Positions 41,612 to 52,262 are shown, counted from the first letter of the stretch. The stretch is DNA of 64,000 nt from Candidatus Gottesmanbacteria bacterium (GCA_963711735.1 CAVQFA010000005.1:269778-333777); one strand, 5' to 3'. A program made the numbers and translations. Notes: generated from the sequence alone by a model not told the origin.

Positions 41612-42577
41612 ATGACAAAACTATCAAAATCAAACCGTTTCTCCTGGAAAACAATTCCCGTACCATTTGTTATGCTGGCTCCTATGGAAGGAGTTACTGA
41701 TACGGTATTCAGACAAATGATATCGTCAGTTGCACGACCTGATATCATGGTGACTGAGTTTGTAAATGTTGAAGGGTTTTGTTCACGCGGGAAGGCAGCT
41801 ATATCACAATCTTTACTCTTCAGTGATAATGAGAGACCGCTTTTGGTACAACTTTGGGGTATACATCCTGAAAATTTTGCAGATGCAGCATATGAAGTAA
41901 AAGAAGCCGGTTTTGACGGTATTGATATAAATATGGGATGCCCTCAGCGTGATGTTATAAAAAACGGAGCATGCGGCGCTCTTATAAAGACTCCAAAAAA
42001 AGCAGAAAACATTATTCGTGCAATACGGGATGCAGTTCCTGATATGCCTTTATCGGTAAAAACGAGAATCGGTTTCGATACGGTTCAAACGGAAGAATGG
42101 ATTTCATTTCTCTTATCCATGCCTATAGACTCACTGATCATACACGGCAGAACCGTACGGGAGATGTCCAAAACTCCTGCCCACTGGGATGAGATACAAA
42201 AAGCAGTGCATCTTCGTAATTCGCTTAGATCCAAAATCATTATCGTCGGAAATGGCGATGTGAAAAACAGAGACGATGCGATTCTGAAAGCCCGCACGTA
42301 TGGTACAGACGGTATCATGATCGGACGCGGGGTTTTTCATGACATTTATGCATTTGCATCGCATACACAAAAGCAAAAAGAGACAAAAAAAATGCTTCTC
42401 GGTTTACTTCGGAAACATCTGGAGTTTCACCAATCTGTATGGGGAGAAAACAAATCATATCAGACACTTAAGAAGTTCTTTAAAACGTACGTCCGGGATT
42501 TTAAAGGTGCGACAGAACTCCGTATGAAACTGATGGGAACACAATCCGTAAAAGAAGCACTGACATTATTACCGTAA
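41612..42577 (+). CDS. dus: tRNA-dihydrouridine synthase
   Basis: VMLAPMEGVTD, FDGIDINMGCP and a catalytic-Cys region. Confidence 0.8.
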   Translation: MTKLSKSNRFSWKTIPVPFVMLAPMEGVTDTVFRQMISSVARPDIMVTEFVNVEGFCSRGKAAISQSLLFSDNERPLLVQLWGIHPENFADAAYEVKEAGFDGIDINMGCPQRDVIKNGACGALIKTPKKAENIIRAIRDAVPDMPLSVKTRIGFDTVQTEEWISFLLSMPIDSLIIHGRTVREMSKTPAHWDEIQKAVHLRNSLRSKIIIVGNGDVKNRDDAILKARTYGTDGIMIGRGVFHDIYAFASHTQKQKETKKMLLGLLRKHLEFHQSVWGENKSYQTLKKFFKTYVRDFKGATELRMKLMGTQSVKEALTLLP

Positions 42578-42581
42578 AATT

Positions 42582-43157
42582 ATGAATATGGATAACACAA
42601 ATCGTAAACAGCAAATCCGTAAAGAAATGAAAGAAATAGGAACACGCATCGAAAAACAGAAAAAAATACAGGCAGATACAATCATTTCGGAAAAACTTCT
42701 TATGGTAAAAGAGGTTCAGTCAGCAGATTCTATATGTGTGTATGCATCTACTCCGGATGAGGTGGAAACAAGAAACACCATTGTGTCGTTTCTTTCATAC
42801 GGGAAAAAAATAGCTGTACCGCGTATCGGGAAGTCACGCTCCTTAGAATTATGTGTAATACAATCATTGGATGAACTTGTATGCGGGCGTTATGGTATTA
42901 TGGAACCTCAGGATAACTCTTTAAAGATTCATCCCGATTCTATAGATGTTTTTATCATACCGGTCGTTGCATGTGATAGAAACGGGTATAGACTTGGACG
43001 GGGGATGGGGTATTACGATGTTCTGTTATCGAAATCTGAAGGATACAGGATAGCATTGTCGTATGCGTGTCAGATACTCACGGGAATTCCGCACGAATCA
43101 CATGACATACGCATGGATATGATTATAAGTGAAAAAGATACATTGATATTCCCATAG
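42582..43157 (+). CDS. 5-formyltetrahydrofolate cyclo-ligase
   Basis: 191 aa with IIPVVACDRNGYRLGRGMGYYD. Confidence 0.7.
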   Translation: MNMDNTNRKQQIRKEMKEIGTRIEKQKKIQADTIISEKLLMVKEVQSADSICVYASTPDEVETRNTIVSFLSYGKKIAVPRIGKSRSLELCVIQSLDELVCGRYGIMEPQDNSLKIHPDSIDVFIIPVVACDRNGYRLGRGMGYYDVLLSKSEGYRIALSYACQILTGIPHESHDIRMDMIISEKDTLIFP

Positions 43158-43199
43158 GAAGATTTTACAATCACCATTATCTGAAATAAGGAGGAATCT

Positions 43200-44165
43200 A
43201 TGCCATCGAAAAAAATATCCGCTCATACTCACCCGGAAAATCAGTATTTAGATCTGATGCAGGATATTATGGATAACGGAGTATGGAAAGTCAGTCACTC
43301 GACGGGTGTAAAGCTTAAAAGCGTATTCGGAAGGATATGTCGTTATGATTTATCAAAAGGATTTCCGCTTCTCACAACAAAAAAAGTATTCAGTCGGGGA
43401 ATAATTCATGAATTATTATGGTTCATATCCGGATCGAGCAATATTAAATATCTTGTGGATAACAATGTGCATATTTGGGATGAATGGGCGTTTAAAAAAT
43501 ATGAATGGGCTGTAAACGAAAACAAGGTAAAACCCCTGACATTTGAAATGTTCATGGAGAAGGCAAAATCCGATTCTTCATTTCTGAAAACATGGGGTGA
43601 GTTAGGTCCGGTGTACGGTGTCCAATGGAGACGTTGGCCGTCAGATCACAGGAAAACGATTGATCAATTAGGGTGGGCTATAGAAAAAATTAAAAAATAC
43701 CCGATGAAGAAACATTATGTCATATCTGCATGGAATGCCGGATGCATATATGAGATGAGCGGAAGCCATGATGCATCGATGGTGATAGCACCCTGCCATA
43801 CCATGTATCACATAAATATTACCGGTGACAAATTATCCCTTCTTCTGTATCAGCGAAGCGCAGACTTATTTTTAGGTGTTCCTTTTAATATTGCATCATA
43901 TGCGTTGTTTACAATGATGCTTGCGCAGGTGACAGGATATAAGGTAGGAGATTTCGTTCATGTGTTCGGTGATGTACATATTTATGAGAATCATTTTGAT
44001 CAATGCAAGGAACAACTGTCCAGAACACCTAAACCATTTCCGGTTATGAAAATTAATCCGATGAAAAAGAACATTGATGATTTTGTCTTCGAAGACTTTG
44101 AGCTGGTCGGATATGATCCGTACCCGCCAATCAAGGGTGACATTACTGTAGTCGGAGGTTTTTAA
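43200..44165 (+). CDS. thyA: Thymidylate synthase (ThyA)
   Basis: Active-site PCH (IAPCHTMYH) and conserved folate-binding segments. A long form of about 320 aa. Confidence 0.85.
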   Translation: MPSKKISAHTHPENQYLDLMQDIMDNGVWKVSHSTGVKLKSVFGRICRYDLSKGFPLLTTKKVFSRGIIHELLWFISGSSNIKYLVDNNVHIWDEWAFKKYEWAVNENKVKPLTFEMFMEKAKSDSSFLKTWGELGPVYGVQWRRWPSDHRKTIDQLGWAIEKIKKYPMKKHYVISAWNAGCIYEMSGSHDASMVIAPCHTMYHINITGDKLSLLLYQRSADLFLGVPFNIASYALFTMMLAQVTGYKVGDFVHVFGDVHIYENHFDQCKEQLSRTPKPFPVMKINPMKKNIDDFVFEDFELVGYDPYPPIKGDITVVGGF

Positions 44166-44173
44166 AATTTCTT

Positions 44174-44653
44174 ATGCTTTCTCTTATTGCGATAATCGGA
44201 AAAAACCGTGAGATCGGAAAAAATAACAAACTCATATTTCACCTGCCGGAAGATCTGGCACGCTTCCGTATCATTACGAAAGGTCATCCGGTCATAATGG
44301 GCAGAAAGACGTATGAATCCATTCTGCACCCGCTTCCCGAGAGGACAAATATCGTCATTTCTTCCAATTCTTCGTTTAAAGCAGACGGAGTAATAACGGT
44401 TATGTCACTTGAACAGGCATTGGACAGGGCGAAATACGAAACAGGAAGTGATGAAATTTTTGTGATAGGGGGAGCGTCGGTATACTCACAGGCAATATCG
44501 CAGGCACAGAGACTGTATTTAACTGTTGTTGATGCAGATGCTCCTGATGCGGATGCATTTTTCCCCGAATATAAAAAGTTCCGGAAAATTATCTCCAGGG
44601 AAAAGCATGAAAAGACTGTCCCTCCGTTTGAATATCTGACTCTCGAACGGTGA
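44174..44653 (+). CDS. folA: Dihydrofolate reductase
   Basis: LIAIIGKNREIGKNNKLIFHLPEDLARF and VIMGRKTYESI. Directly downstream of thyA. Confidence 0.8.
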   Translation: MLSLIAIIGKNREIGKNNKLIFHLPEDLARFRIITKGHPVIMGRKTYESILHPLPERTNIVISSNSSFKADGVITVMSLEQALDRAKYETGSDEIFVIGGASVYSQAISQAQRLYLTVVDADAPDADAFFPEYKKFRKIISREKHEKTVPPFEYLTLER

Positions 44654-44689
44654 TATTAATTCTTTCACATCCGTTTATATTTGACAGTC

Positions 44690-45622
44690 CTATTTAAAGA
44701 GATCAGACATAGGAACGCTATTTTTTACGATATCTGTTAATGGAGGTAAATTCCATGATTTTTCAATCGTACGAAGAAGAGAATAATGATTATACGGGTG
44801 AGAAGATGTGTAATTATTTTTTACCAATCGACCCGCAAAAACAGTTAGTACATGATTTTTTCCGTAACGTTCAGCCTCATCCCACGTTAAAATAAGAAGA
44901 GAATTTTGTTCCCTAAATGATTCCGAATTTAATATTATTGGTATTTCCCGGGCTAACCAGGAATCACCTTTATCAATTCCGCAAAAGTGCATATCGTGGC
45001 ATAGATTAGGGCTGATCCAGATAAAATCAGGTGTTGATGATACATATTTTATGTCATTTTGAAGTTCTGCATACGGAACTATGTCATGACACCTGATGTT
45101 GTTGGCAACAATATCTTTGAAATTTATAAATGAGTTAAATTTTGGCGTATATGGATATAATTTTCCTAAGAAACACGGAGAGGGCAGGGATTCAAAGTAT
45201 GCTTTCCATGTTTTATGTGAATTTTCCATCTGGTCAATGAGATTTTTTTTTGATATTAAACAGGTGGTACAATTTGTTGTCATTCCGTACGTGGATCCGC
45301 TGATGAGCGCAATGTAGTTCGGAAGACTCGGATGCCTTATGGAATAATAATTTTTTGCCTGACTGTACTGTTTGATCAGGGAATTGATATATGGAGCATT
45401 TTTATTATTTACAATTTCTTCATACGACTTGTTTTCCATAACGATCAGTACAATATGATCAAAGTACGGAACTTTCTGCTTTGAATATCCGGTAACTGAA
45501 AATTTTGTTATGTCTGCAAGCATATTCAGCACAACGGAATTGTTTAACGGATATACCCGACTGAATAAAATAAATACAAATATGATAAACAATGCTGTCG
45601 TAATCTGAAGATGTAATCCCAT
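44690..45622 (-). CDS. Phosphoesterase-family protein (phospholipase C / acid phosphatase AcpA-like), secreted
   Basis: N-terminal TM/signal segment and HIVLIVMENKSY. Confidence 0.55.
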   Translation of the reverse strand: MGLHLQITTALFIIFVFILFSRVYPLNNSVVLNMLADITKFSVTGYSKQKVPYFDHIVLIVMENKSYEEIVNNKNAPYINSLIKQYSQAKNYYSIRHPSLPNYIALISGSTYGMTTNCTTCLISKKNLIDQMENSHKTWKAYFESLPSPCFLGKLYPYTPKFNSFINFKDIVANNIRCHDIVPYAELQNDIKYVSSTPDFIWISPNLCHDMHFCGIDKGDSWLAREIPIILNSESFREQNSLLILTWDEAERYGKNHVLTVFAGRLVKNNYTSSHPYNHYSLLRTIEKSWNLPPLTDIVKNSVPMSDLFK

Positions 45623-45699
45623 TGATGCAGATTATATCTTTGTATCTGTGTGGTTACAAATTTTTTGTCTTCTAATACAATAAATGACAAAACAATTTT

Positions 45700-46380
45700 A
45701 TGAACGGTAAAGAATGGCTCAGGGATACGTTTACATTACTTACATTGCAGGGATCATCACGCCTGCATACGAAACCTCCGGATTCGTATGTTGAACATAT
45801 GGAAGGAAAGTTAGCAGTAATACTCATTCCCGGACTTTATGAACGTTCAGGTTTATTAAGCAGAGTCGGCAAGGTGGTTTCCGAGAGAGGTCATGATGTA
45901 TGGACAGTTCCGGAGTTAGGAGAAAATCTGTCTGACGTAGATACTTCGATTAAAAAAATTATACGAGTCATTCATTTAAATCATCTTTTGCACCCCATTG
46001 CGATAGGACATAGCTACGGAGGGATAGTAGCGTATGAAATGTTACGTCTTGGATTCACATACGGATCGATTGCAATTGCTGCTCCGTTTTCCGGTTCGGA
46101 CGTTGCCAAACGCTTTCCATTATCACGGTCAATCCGGGAAATGACCCCACAAAGCCAAACAATACAGGAAATACGGAAAAACAGTGGCGAAATTCCCAAA
46201 AATATGGTTTCTATTTTTCCCGAATCAGACAATTTTATTCCGAACGGTAGTTATCTGGAAGGCGCTGAAAATATCGAAATTTACGAAAGCGGTCATCATA
46301 ATATTTTAAAACATGCTGATGTAAGGGGAGCAATAATAAGGAAATTGGAACTCTGGGAAGAAGAAAGATATTCGATTTAA
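45700..46380 (+). CDS. Alpha/beta-hydrolase fold esterase
   Basis: GHSYGG nucleophile elbow. Confidence 0.5.
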   Translation: MNGKEWLRDTFTLLTLQGSSRLHTKPPDSYVEHMEGKLAVILIPGLYERSGLLSRVGKVVSERGHDVWTVPELGENLSDVDTSIKKIIRVIHLNHLLHPIAIGHSYGGIVAYEMLRLGFTYGSIAIAAPFSGSDVAKRFPLSRSIREMTPQSQTIQEIRKNSGEIPKNMVSIFPESDNFIPNGSYLEGAENIEIYESGHHNILKHADVRGAIIRKLELWEEERYSI

Positions 46381-46431
46381 TTTAATCTGTGTTAAAATTC
46401 TCTCATACGTTTCTTGCCGGAGATAAAATAT

Positions 46432-47508
46432 ATGAATCTGAGAATCGGGATAGTTGGCTTACCGAATGCTGGCAAATCAACTTTATTTAATGCACTACTG
46501 AAAAAACAGGTGGCGGATGCAGCACCGTATCCGTTTTGTACCATAGAACCGAATGTCGGTATCGTTCCCGTTCCTGATGCGCGTTTAATCAGACTTGCCG
46601 AAATTACGAAAGAGGAAAATACCATGGATTCTCTGCCTCCCGTCATTCCTGCAGTTGTTGAATTTGTCGATATAGCAGGGCTTGTAAAAGGTGCATCAAA
46701 GGGAGAAGGTTTAGGAAATAAATTTTTGTCACATATCCGTGAGGTCAATATCATCTGTCATGTTATCCGCGAGTTTACGGATGATAATGTGGTACACACC
46801 TCCGGTACTCTGGATGCCAAACGCGATAAAGAGATTATCGAAACTGAGCTTATACTTGCGGACCTTCAGACTCTTGATAAACAGTCAGAACCACGCGGAG
46901 TTAAAGATTCAGAAGTACAGAAGAAATGGGGTTTGATTCTCAAACTGAAAGAAGGACTCAATTCCGGTAAAAATGCCCGTGAAGTTATTCCGGATGAAGA
47001 AGACAGATTGCTCATTTCGGATTTACACTTATTATCCATGAAACCGGTTTTAGACGTATATAACGTATCGGAAAATAAGCTTACAACGTACAACCTGCAA
47101 CCTTCTGCAGAAAATATGTATATTTCAGCAAAAATCGAATCAGAAATTTCGTCCCTTCCCGAAAACGAACAGAAAGAGTATTTATCTACTTTAGGTTTAG
47201 AGGAATCGGGGTTAGACCGCTTGATCCGGAAAACATATGACATGCTCGGACTTATCTCCTTTCTGACATGCGGGGTGAAGGAAGTACGCGCCTGGACTAT
47301 TTCAAAAGGTATAACCGCTCAAGAGGCATCCGGTGTCATACACACTGATTTTGAAAAAAAGTTTATAAAAGCGGATATCATCGGTTTTGAACAATTTATC
47401 CGGATAAAAGGCTGGAAAAATGCACGGACCAACGGACTGGTTCGTCAGGAAGGCCGGGGGTATCACATGCAGGATGGGGAAGTGGTGGAGTTTAAAATAG
47501 GGTCTTAA
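46432..47508 (+). CDS. ychF: Ribosome-binding ATPase YchF
   Basis: MNLRIGIVGLPNAGKSTLFNAL and a C-terminal TGS domain (WTISKGITAQEASGVIHTDFEKKFIKADII). Confidence 0.85.
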   Translation: MNLRIGIVGLPNAGKSTLFNALLKKQVADAAPYPFCTIEPNVGIVPVPDARLIRLAEITKEENTMDSLPPVIPAVVEFVDIAGLVKGASKGEGLGNKFLSHIREVNIICHVIREFTDDNVVHTSGTLDAKRDKEIIETELILADLQTLDKQSEPRGVKDSEVQKKWGLILKLKEGLNSGKNAREVIPDEEDRLLISDLHLLSMKPVLDVYNVSENKLTTYNLQPSAENMYISAKIESEISSLPENEQKEYLSTLGLEESGLDRLIRKTYDMLGLISFLTCGVKEVRAWTISKGITAQEASGVIHTDFEKKFIKADIIGFEQFIRIKGWKNARTNGLVRQEGRGYHMQDGEVVEFKIGS

Positions 47509-47557
47509 ATACACAGCTTCTTGCGGCTTTAATGGCTTTTTGCTATGATGAGGACCT

Positions 47558-47845
47558 ATGAAGACGTACAGAATGATGGTTATTCTCCGGACAGACGCAA
47601 CAGATGCGGGGGATGATAAAAAAGTCAAAAGTATCGTAGAAAAAATGCTTGCAGATACGGACGGGAAGATAACGGATATTGATATGATGGGTAAACGATC
47701 ATTAAGTTATCCGATCGTTAAACAAAAAGAAGGTATATATCTGGATGTAACGGTGGGCTCTGCTTCTCTGAAGGTCGGAGACATCCAAAAAACAGCAAAA
47801 CTTATGCCCGAGGTATTGAGATTTCTCGTTACTCTGAAAGAATAG
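47558..47845 (+). CDS. rpsF: 30S ribosomal protein S6
   Basis: 95 aa. It is followed by ssb and rpsR, the canonical operon order. Confidence 0.7.
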   Translation: MKTYRMMVILRTDATDAGDDKKVKSIVEKMLADTDGKITDIDMMGKRSLSYPIVKQKEGIYLDVTVGSASLKVGDIQKTAKLMPEVLRFLVTLKE

Positions 47846-47850
47846 AAAAC

Positions 47851-48387
47851 ATGTCATCACGAAGTTTAAACAAAGTACAGCTTATAGGAAACCTGACACG
47901 CGATCCGGAACTCAGGTATACTCCGACAGGCGCTGCTGTTTGCACTATCGGTCTTGCAACCAACAGAAGTTGGACCACGGAATCAGGAGAAAAGAAAGAA
48001 GAGACGGAATTTCACCGCGTTGTCGCCTGGAATAAACTCGCGGAACTATGCAGTCAGCTTCTGACAAAAGGCAGAAAAATATATGTCGAAGGAAGACTGA
48101 GAACAAATGCCTGGCAGACAGCGGACGGTCAACAGCGGAATACAACAGAAGTCGTCATAGAGGATATGATACTGCTTGATTCTAAGCGTCCGGTCGCTGC
48201 AACCGAAGGCGAATCTTCTGATGCACCACACACATTTCAACCAGCACAATCGCAAAGCGTACCTGCTGCAACCAGCCCGAAAACATCTGCTGTAGCAGAT
48301 GATACCCAGGGTGTTTCAAAACAAACACCTGCAAACACTCCTGAACCGATGAACGAAGATGTTAATCCTGACGATATACCTTTTTAA
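47851..48387 (+). CDS. ssb: Single-stranded DNA-binding protein
   Basis: OB fold VQLIGNLTRDPELRYTPTG and the acidic C-terminal tip DDIPF. Confidence 0.85.
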   Translation: MSSRSLNKVQLIGNLTRDPELRYTPTGAAVCTIGLATNRSWTTESGEKKEETEFHRVVAWNKLAELCSQLLTKGRKIYVEGRLRTNAWQTADGQQRNTTEVVIEDMILLDSKRPVAATEGESSDAPHTFQPAQSQSVPAATSPKTSAVADDTQGVSKQTPANTPEPMNEDVNPDDIPF

Positions 48388-48398
48388 AGGAGATATTT

Positions 48399-48644
48399 AT
48401 GATGAAACGATCATTCAGAAATCAAGTACGATTGCGTCCGGTCCCTACTGACTGTCCATTTTGCCATCATGACACCAAGCCCGACTATACGAACCCGGGT
48501 TCCATAACACAGTATATTACGGAACGGGGAAAAATATTGGGACGGGCACGTACGGGACTCTGCAACAAACATCAGATTGTCCTGAAGAGGGAGATGAAAC
48601 GAGCACGATTTATGGCGCTCATTCCTTATATCGTCCGGACATGA
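48399..48644 (+). CDS. rpsR: 30S ribosomal protein S18
   Basis: ITERGKILGRARTGLCNKHQIVLKREMKRARFMALIPY. Confidence 0.75.
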   Translation: MMKRSFRNQVRLRPVPTDCPFCHHDTKPDYTNPGSITQYITERGKILGRARTGLCNKHQIVLKREMKRARFMALIPYIVRT

Positions 48645-48702
48645 AGTCCATTTTTATCAACAGTATTCGTTAAATATTATAAATTTATTAAATAATCTAA
48701 CA

Positions 48703-49986
48703 ATGTCTTCTCTGCCATTTTCAAAATTTCGGACATTCATTATCATATGTGCCCTTGTGCTTCTGTCCGGTGGTATTGGGTACAGACTCGGGGAAAAACA
48801 TACATCTCTTTCGGGTGGTCCTTCGTCCCTTATTGTAAATACGGCAACACCATCAAACACCGGCGTTGATTTCTCGCTTTTTTGGGACGTATGGAATAGG
48901 GTCAAGCGTGATTATATCGAAGCCGATACGATAGACCCTCAGAACATGGTTTATGGAGCCATATCCGGCATGGTCGAGTCGTTGGGTGATCCGTATTCCG
49001 TCTTTCTTCCTCCGAAGGAAAACAAGAGTTTTAAAGAAGATTTAAGCGGTGCGTTTGAAGGAATCGGGGCACAGCTTGGTATGAAAGATGCCCACATCAT
49101 AGTTGTTGCACCTTTAACAGGAAGTCCGGCGGAGAAACAGGGGATTCACGCGGGTGATTGGATATTAAAGGTAAATGATGAGGATACGCTTAATTGGACC
49201 GTTGAACAGGCTGTTTCCAAGATCCGCGGACCTAAAGGGACGAAAGTTACATTATCAATTCTGCATGAAAATAACGGTAATGAACCGGTAGATATAACCA
49301 TAGTTCGTGAAACAATAACTGTGCCGGCAATTATTTCATGGGTAAAAAAACCATCGGATATAAAAGAAATTTCAGGACTCAGCGAAAAAAATCGAATAAC
49401 AGGAAACGGATCTGTCGCATACATACACCTCACCCGTTTCGGCGATAGGCTGTCTTCAGAATGGCAGGATGCACTGAATTCACTTGAATCAGCAGGAAAA
49501 AGCCAAACAGTACGCGGATATATTTTAGACCTTCGGAATAACCCGGGAGGGTACCTGGACGGTTCTGTCTATATTGCGGGTGAATTTCTCAAAAACGGAA
49601 TAGTTGTTACACAACAAAATTCCGACGGAAGCAAAGAGGATTACCCTGTAAACAGGACAGGAAGACTTACGGATACTCCGCTAATTGTTCTTATTAACAA
49701 AGGCAGTGCATCAGCATCAGAAATCGTTGCAGGGGCTCTGAAAGATCACAAAAGGGCAACAATCGTCGGAGAAACCTCTTTCGGAAAAGGGTCTGTACAG
49801 ACACCCGAAGACTTACCGGGTGGTTCAGGACTTCATATTACGACCGGCAAATGGCTAGGTCCTAACGGTGAATGGATTTCAAAGAAAGGTATCGTTCCTG
49901 ATATTGAAGTAAAACTTGATGCTGCTGATGACGTTGCAAGTCGTGATGCTCAACTTGCAAAAGCCATAGAACTTCTTTTAAAATAA
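48703..49986 (+). CDS. ctpA: Carboxyl-terminal processing protease (S41 family)
   Basis: N-terminal TM segment, a PDZ domain, S41 motifs (ILDLRNNPGGYL, GSASASEI) and catalytic Lys in TSFGKGSVQ. Confidence 0.8.
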   Translation: MSSLPFSKFRTFIIICALVLLSGGIGYRLGEKHTSLSGGPSSLIVNTATPSNTGVDFSLFWDVWNRVKRDYIEADTIDPQNMVYGAISGMVESLGDPYSVFLPPKENKSFKEDLSGAFEGIGAQLGMKDAHIIVVAPLTGSPAEKQGIHAGDWILKVNDEDTLNWTVEQAVSKIRGPKGTKVTLSILHENNGNEPVDITIVRETITVPAIISWVKKPSDIKEISGLSEKNRITGNGSVAYIHLTRFGDRLSSEWQDALNSLESAGKSQTVRGYILDLRNNPGGYLDGSVYIAGEFLKNGIVVTQQNSDGSKEDYPVNRTGRLTDTPLIVLINKGSASASEIVAGALKDHKRATIVGETSFGKGSVQTPEDLPGGSGLHITTGKWLGPNGEWISKKGIVPDIEVKLDAADDVASRDAQLAKAIELLLK

Positions 49987-50013
49987 AAAACATCCCGGTA
50001 CCAAGGAGCACAT

Positions 50014-51186
50014 ATGAAGATAAATAAAACAGTTATTCTTCTGGCGTTCGGCATACTTATTCTTGCAGGGTTGGTTAATTCAAATATATTCGGACTCAAC
50101 TGGAAATTTTTGGAAAAATATGTCACGGTGAAACTACCCGGATCTTCCGTTGTGAATCCTGTTCCGTTTTCAGAAAAAGTGAAAGTTGCTACGGAGGAAT
50201 CCGTAGTCATTACGGTTGTAGAAAAAGCAAGTCCCGCGGTCGTTACAATCGGAATTACGGCAACGAGAAATACAGGTAATTTCTTTCAGGTGGATCCGTT
50301 TGACTTCTTTAGCCCGTTTCAGCAAATTCCGGGAGGAGAGGAAAAAATTGATCAGGATATAGGTTCAGGATTTATTATATCTTCTGATGGGCTCATTGTG
50401 ACAAATAAACATGTAGTGAGCGAAACAGATGCATCATACAGAGTCATAGCCAAAGATGATAAAACATATTCAGTAGAGAAAATCTATCGTGATCCCACAA
50501 ACGACCTGGCAATTCTGAAAATCGCCGCATCCGGTCTTCCGACTGTTGAACTTGGTGATTCGTCTAAAATAAAAGTAGGTCAGATGGCGATAGCAATCGG
50601 TACAGCTCTCGGGGAATTCCGTTCGACTGTGACAACGGGCGTTATATCCGGAATGGGCAGAGGTATAACTGCAGGAAGCCTTTTTGAAGGGTATGCGGAA
50701 CGGCTCGATAATGTCATACAAACAGATGCAGCTATTAATCCCGGAAATTCGGGCGGCCCGCTCCTCAATTCAGCCGGTCAGGTCATCGGAATAAATACGG
50801 CTGTATCATCAGAAGGCCAGAATATCGGATTTGCACTTCCCATCAATGTTGTGAAGGATGCGGTCGATAATTTCAATAAAACCGGCCAGTTCAACAGGCC
50901 ATATCTGGGTGTACGGTATAAAATCGTAACGAAGGATGTTGCAATTCTCAACGATGTTCCTGAAGGAGCGTATATAATTGAAGTAGTTACGGGCAGTCCC
51001 GCAGAGAAAGCGGGATTAAAGGTAGGGGACATTATCATAAATATTGACAGTAAAAGGCTGAAGGGTGAAAACGCAGAACTCGGAAAAACCATAGGGACGA
51101 AGAAAGCCGGAGATATAATAAAACTTATTATCTGGAGAAGCGGAAAAGAACAGACTGTTCCGGTTACACTTGGTACTCAGGGGTAA
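50014..51186 (+). CDS. htrA: HtrA/DegP-family serine protease with a C-terminal PDZ domain
   Basis: Catalytic triad context (TNKHVV, DLAILKI, GNSGGPLLN). Confidence 0.8.
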   Translation: MKINKTVILLAFGILILAGLVNSNIFGLNWKFLEKYVTVKLPGSSVVNPVPFSEKVKVATEESVVITVVEKASPAVVTIGITATRNTGNFFQVDPFDFFSPFQQIPGGEEKIDQDIGSGFIISSDGLIVTNKHVVSETDASYRVIAKDDKTYSVEKIYRDPTNDLAILKIAASGLPTVELGDSSKIKVGQMAIAIGTALGEFRSTVTTGVISGMGRGITAGSLFEGYAERLDNVIQTDAAINPGNSGGPLLNSAGQVIGINTAVSSEGQNIGFALPINVVKDAVDNFNKTGQFNRPYLGVRYKIVTKDVAILNDVPEGAYIIEVVTGSPAEKAGLKVGDIIINIDSKRLKGENAELGKTIGTKKAGDIIKLIIWRSGKEQTVPVTLGTQG

Positions 51187-51197
51187 TGTGATACGTT

Positions 51198-51896
51198 TTA
51201 TACTTCAGAAGCCATAAGCGCATCGCTTACTTTGTGCAGTTTTCCGTTTACGATATCATCAAGGTTATGCCATGATTTGTTTATCCGGTGGTCGGTAACC
51301 CTGTTTTGCGGAAAGTTATAGGTTCGGATTTTTTCTGCTCTCATACCCCGACCGATAATGCTTCGTGCCGCTCCGACCGTTTGGGCATTTTTTACCTCTT
51401 CCTGTTCCCAGAGTTTTGCACGGAGCATGGACAATGCAACCGCCCGGTTCTGGAACTGATCTCTTTCAGTCTGGCAGGCCACAACAATACCTGATGGTTT
51501 ATGCCGGAGACGTACAGCTGATGATACTTTATTGACGTTTTGTCCTCCGTGTCCGCCTGAACGGAAAAAGTCCCATTCCAAATCTTCGTTTCGTACCATA
51601 ACGTCATTTTCCGGTATCTCAGGAAGAACAGCTACCGTTGCCGTTGATGTGTGAATTCTTCCTGATCTTTCAGTTGTCGGTATCCGTTGTACTCTGTGGG
51701 TTCCTGCTTCATACTGGAGTCTTGTAAATGCATCAGTTCCTTTGATCCTCACTGCATTTTCCGATACTTCTTCAACTTTCCAACCGAGGATATTCGCATA
51801 TCTGGTATACATACGCATAAGATCCATTGCCCAGATTTTCGCTTCATCACCACCCGGTCCTGCACGAAATTCAAGAATTGCGACATTGGAATTCAT
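51198..51896 (-). CDS. prfA: Peptide chain release factor 1 homologue lacking N-terminal domain 1 (about 232 aa rather than about 360)
   Basis: It begins at the domain-2 region (NVAILEFRAGPGGDEA). It has the PxT-type tripeptide context (RIPTTERSGRIHTS) and GGQ (SGGHGGQNVNK). A TTG six codons upstream gives the ORF-track coordinate 51902. Confidence 0.7.
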   Translation of the reverse strand: MNSNVAILEFRAGPGGDEAKIWAMDLMRMYTRYANILGWKVEEVSENAVRIKGTDAFTRLQYEAGTHRVQRIPTTERSGRIHTSTATVAVLPEIPENDVMVRNEDLEWDFFRSGGHGGQNVNKVSSAVRLRHKPSGIVVACQTERDQFQNRAVALSMLRAKLWEQEEVKNAQTVGAARSIIGRGMRAEKIRTYNFPQNRVTDHRINKSWHNLDDIVNGKLHKVSDALMASEV

Positions 51897-51912
51897 ATTC
51901 AATTATTAGTCT

Positions 51913-52221
51913 TTATCTTAAAGATGAAAGCATGTCTTTGAGGCTCTTCTGCTGGCGAATGGCTTCTTCTTTGTCTTTTTTCTTCTTTTTCTTGTCAACC
52001 AGTGCTTTTTTCTGGGAATCGCCGAATTGTTTCATCTTCTGGAATTTTTCAACCCGTCCGAGCGCATCGACAAACTTCATCTCTCCGGTAAAAAACGGAT
52101 GGCATTTGGCACAAACATCCACTTTTATCGTTTGCTTCGTGGCACCCACCGTAAACGTATTACCGCAGGCACACGTAACAATTGCATCACTGAACCACTG
52201 AGGATGGATGGATTTCTTCAT
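51913..52221 (-). CDS. rpmE: 50S ribosomal protein L31 with a Lys-rich C-terminal extension of about 30 aa
   Basis: [47 protein letters not shown] followed by ...[32 protein letters not shown]. The ORF-track extension upstream to 52461 has no homology. Confidence 0.75.
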   Translation of the reverse strand: MKKSIHPQWFSDAIVTCACGNTFTVGATKQTIKVDVCAKCHPFFTGEMKFVDALGRVEKFQKMKQFGDSQKKALVDKKKKKKDKEEAIRQQKSLKDMLSSLR

Positions 52222-52262
52222 AAGGTCACTATTATACCATGCATACTTATGTGAGAAAAGAC

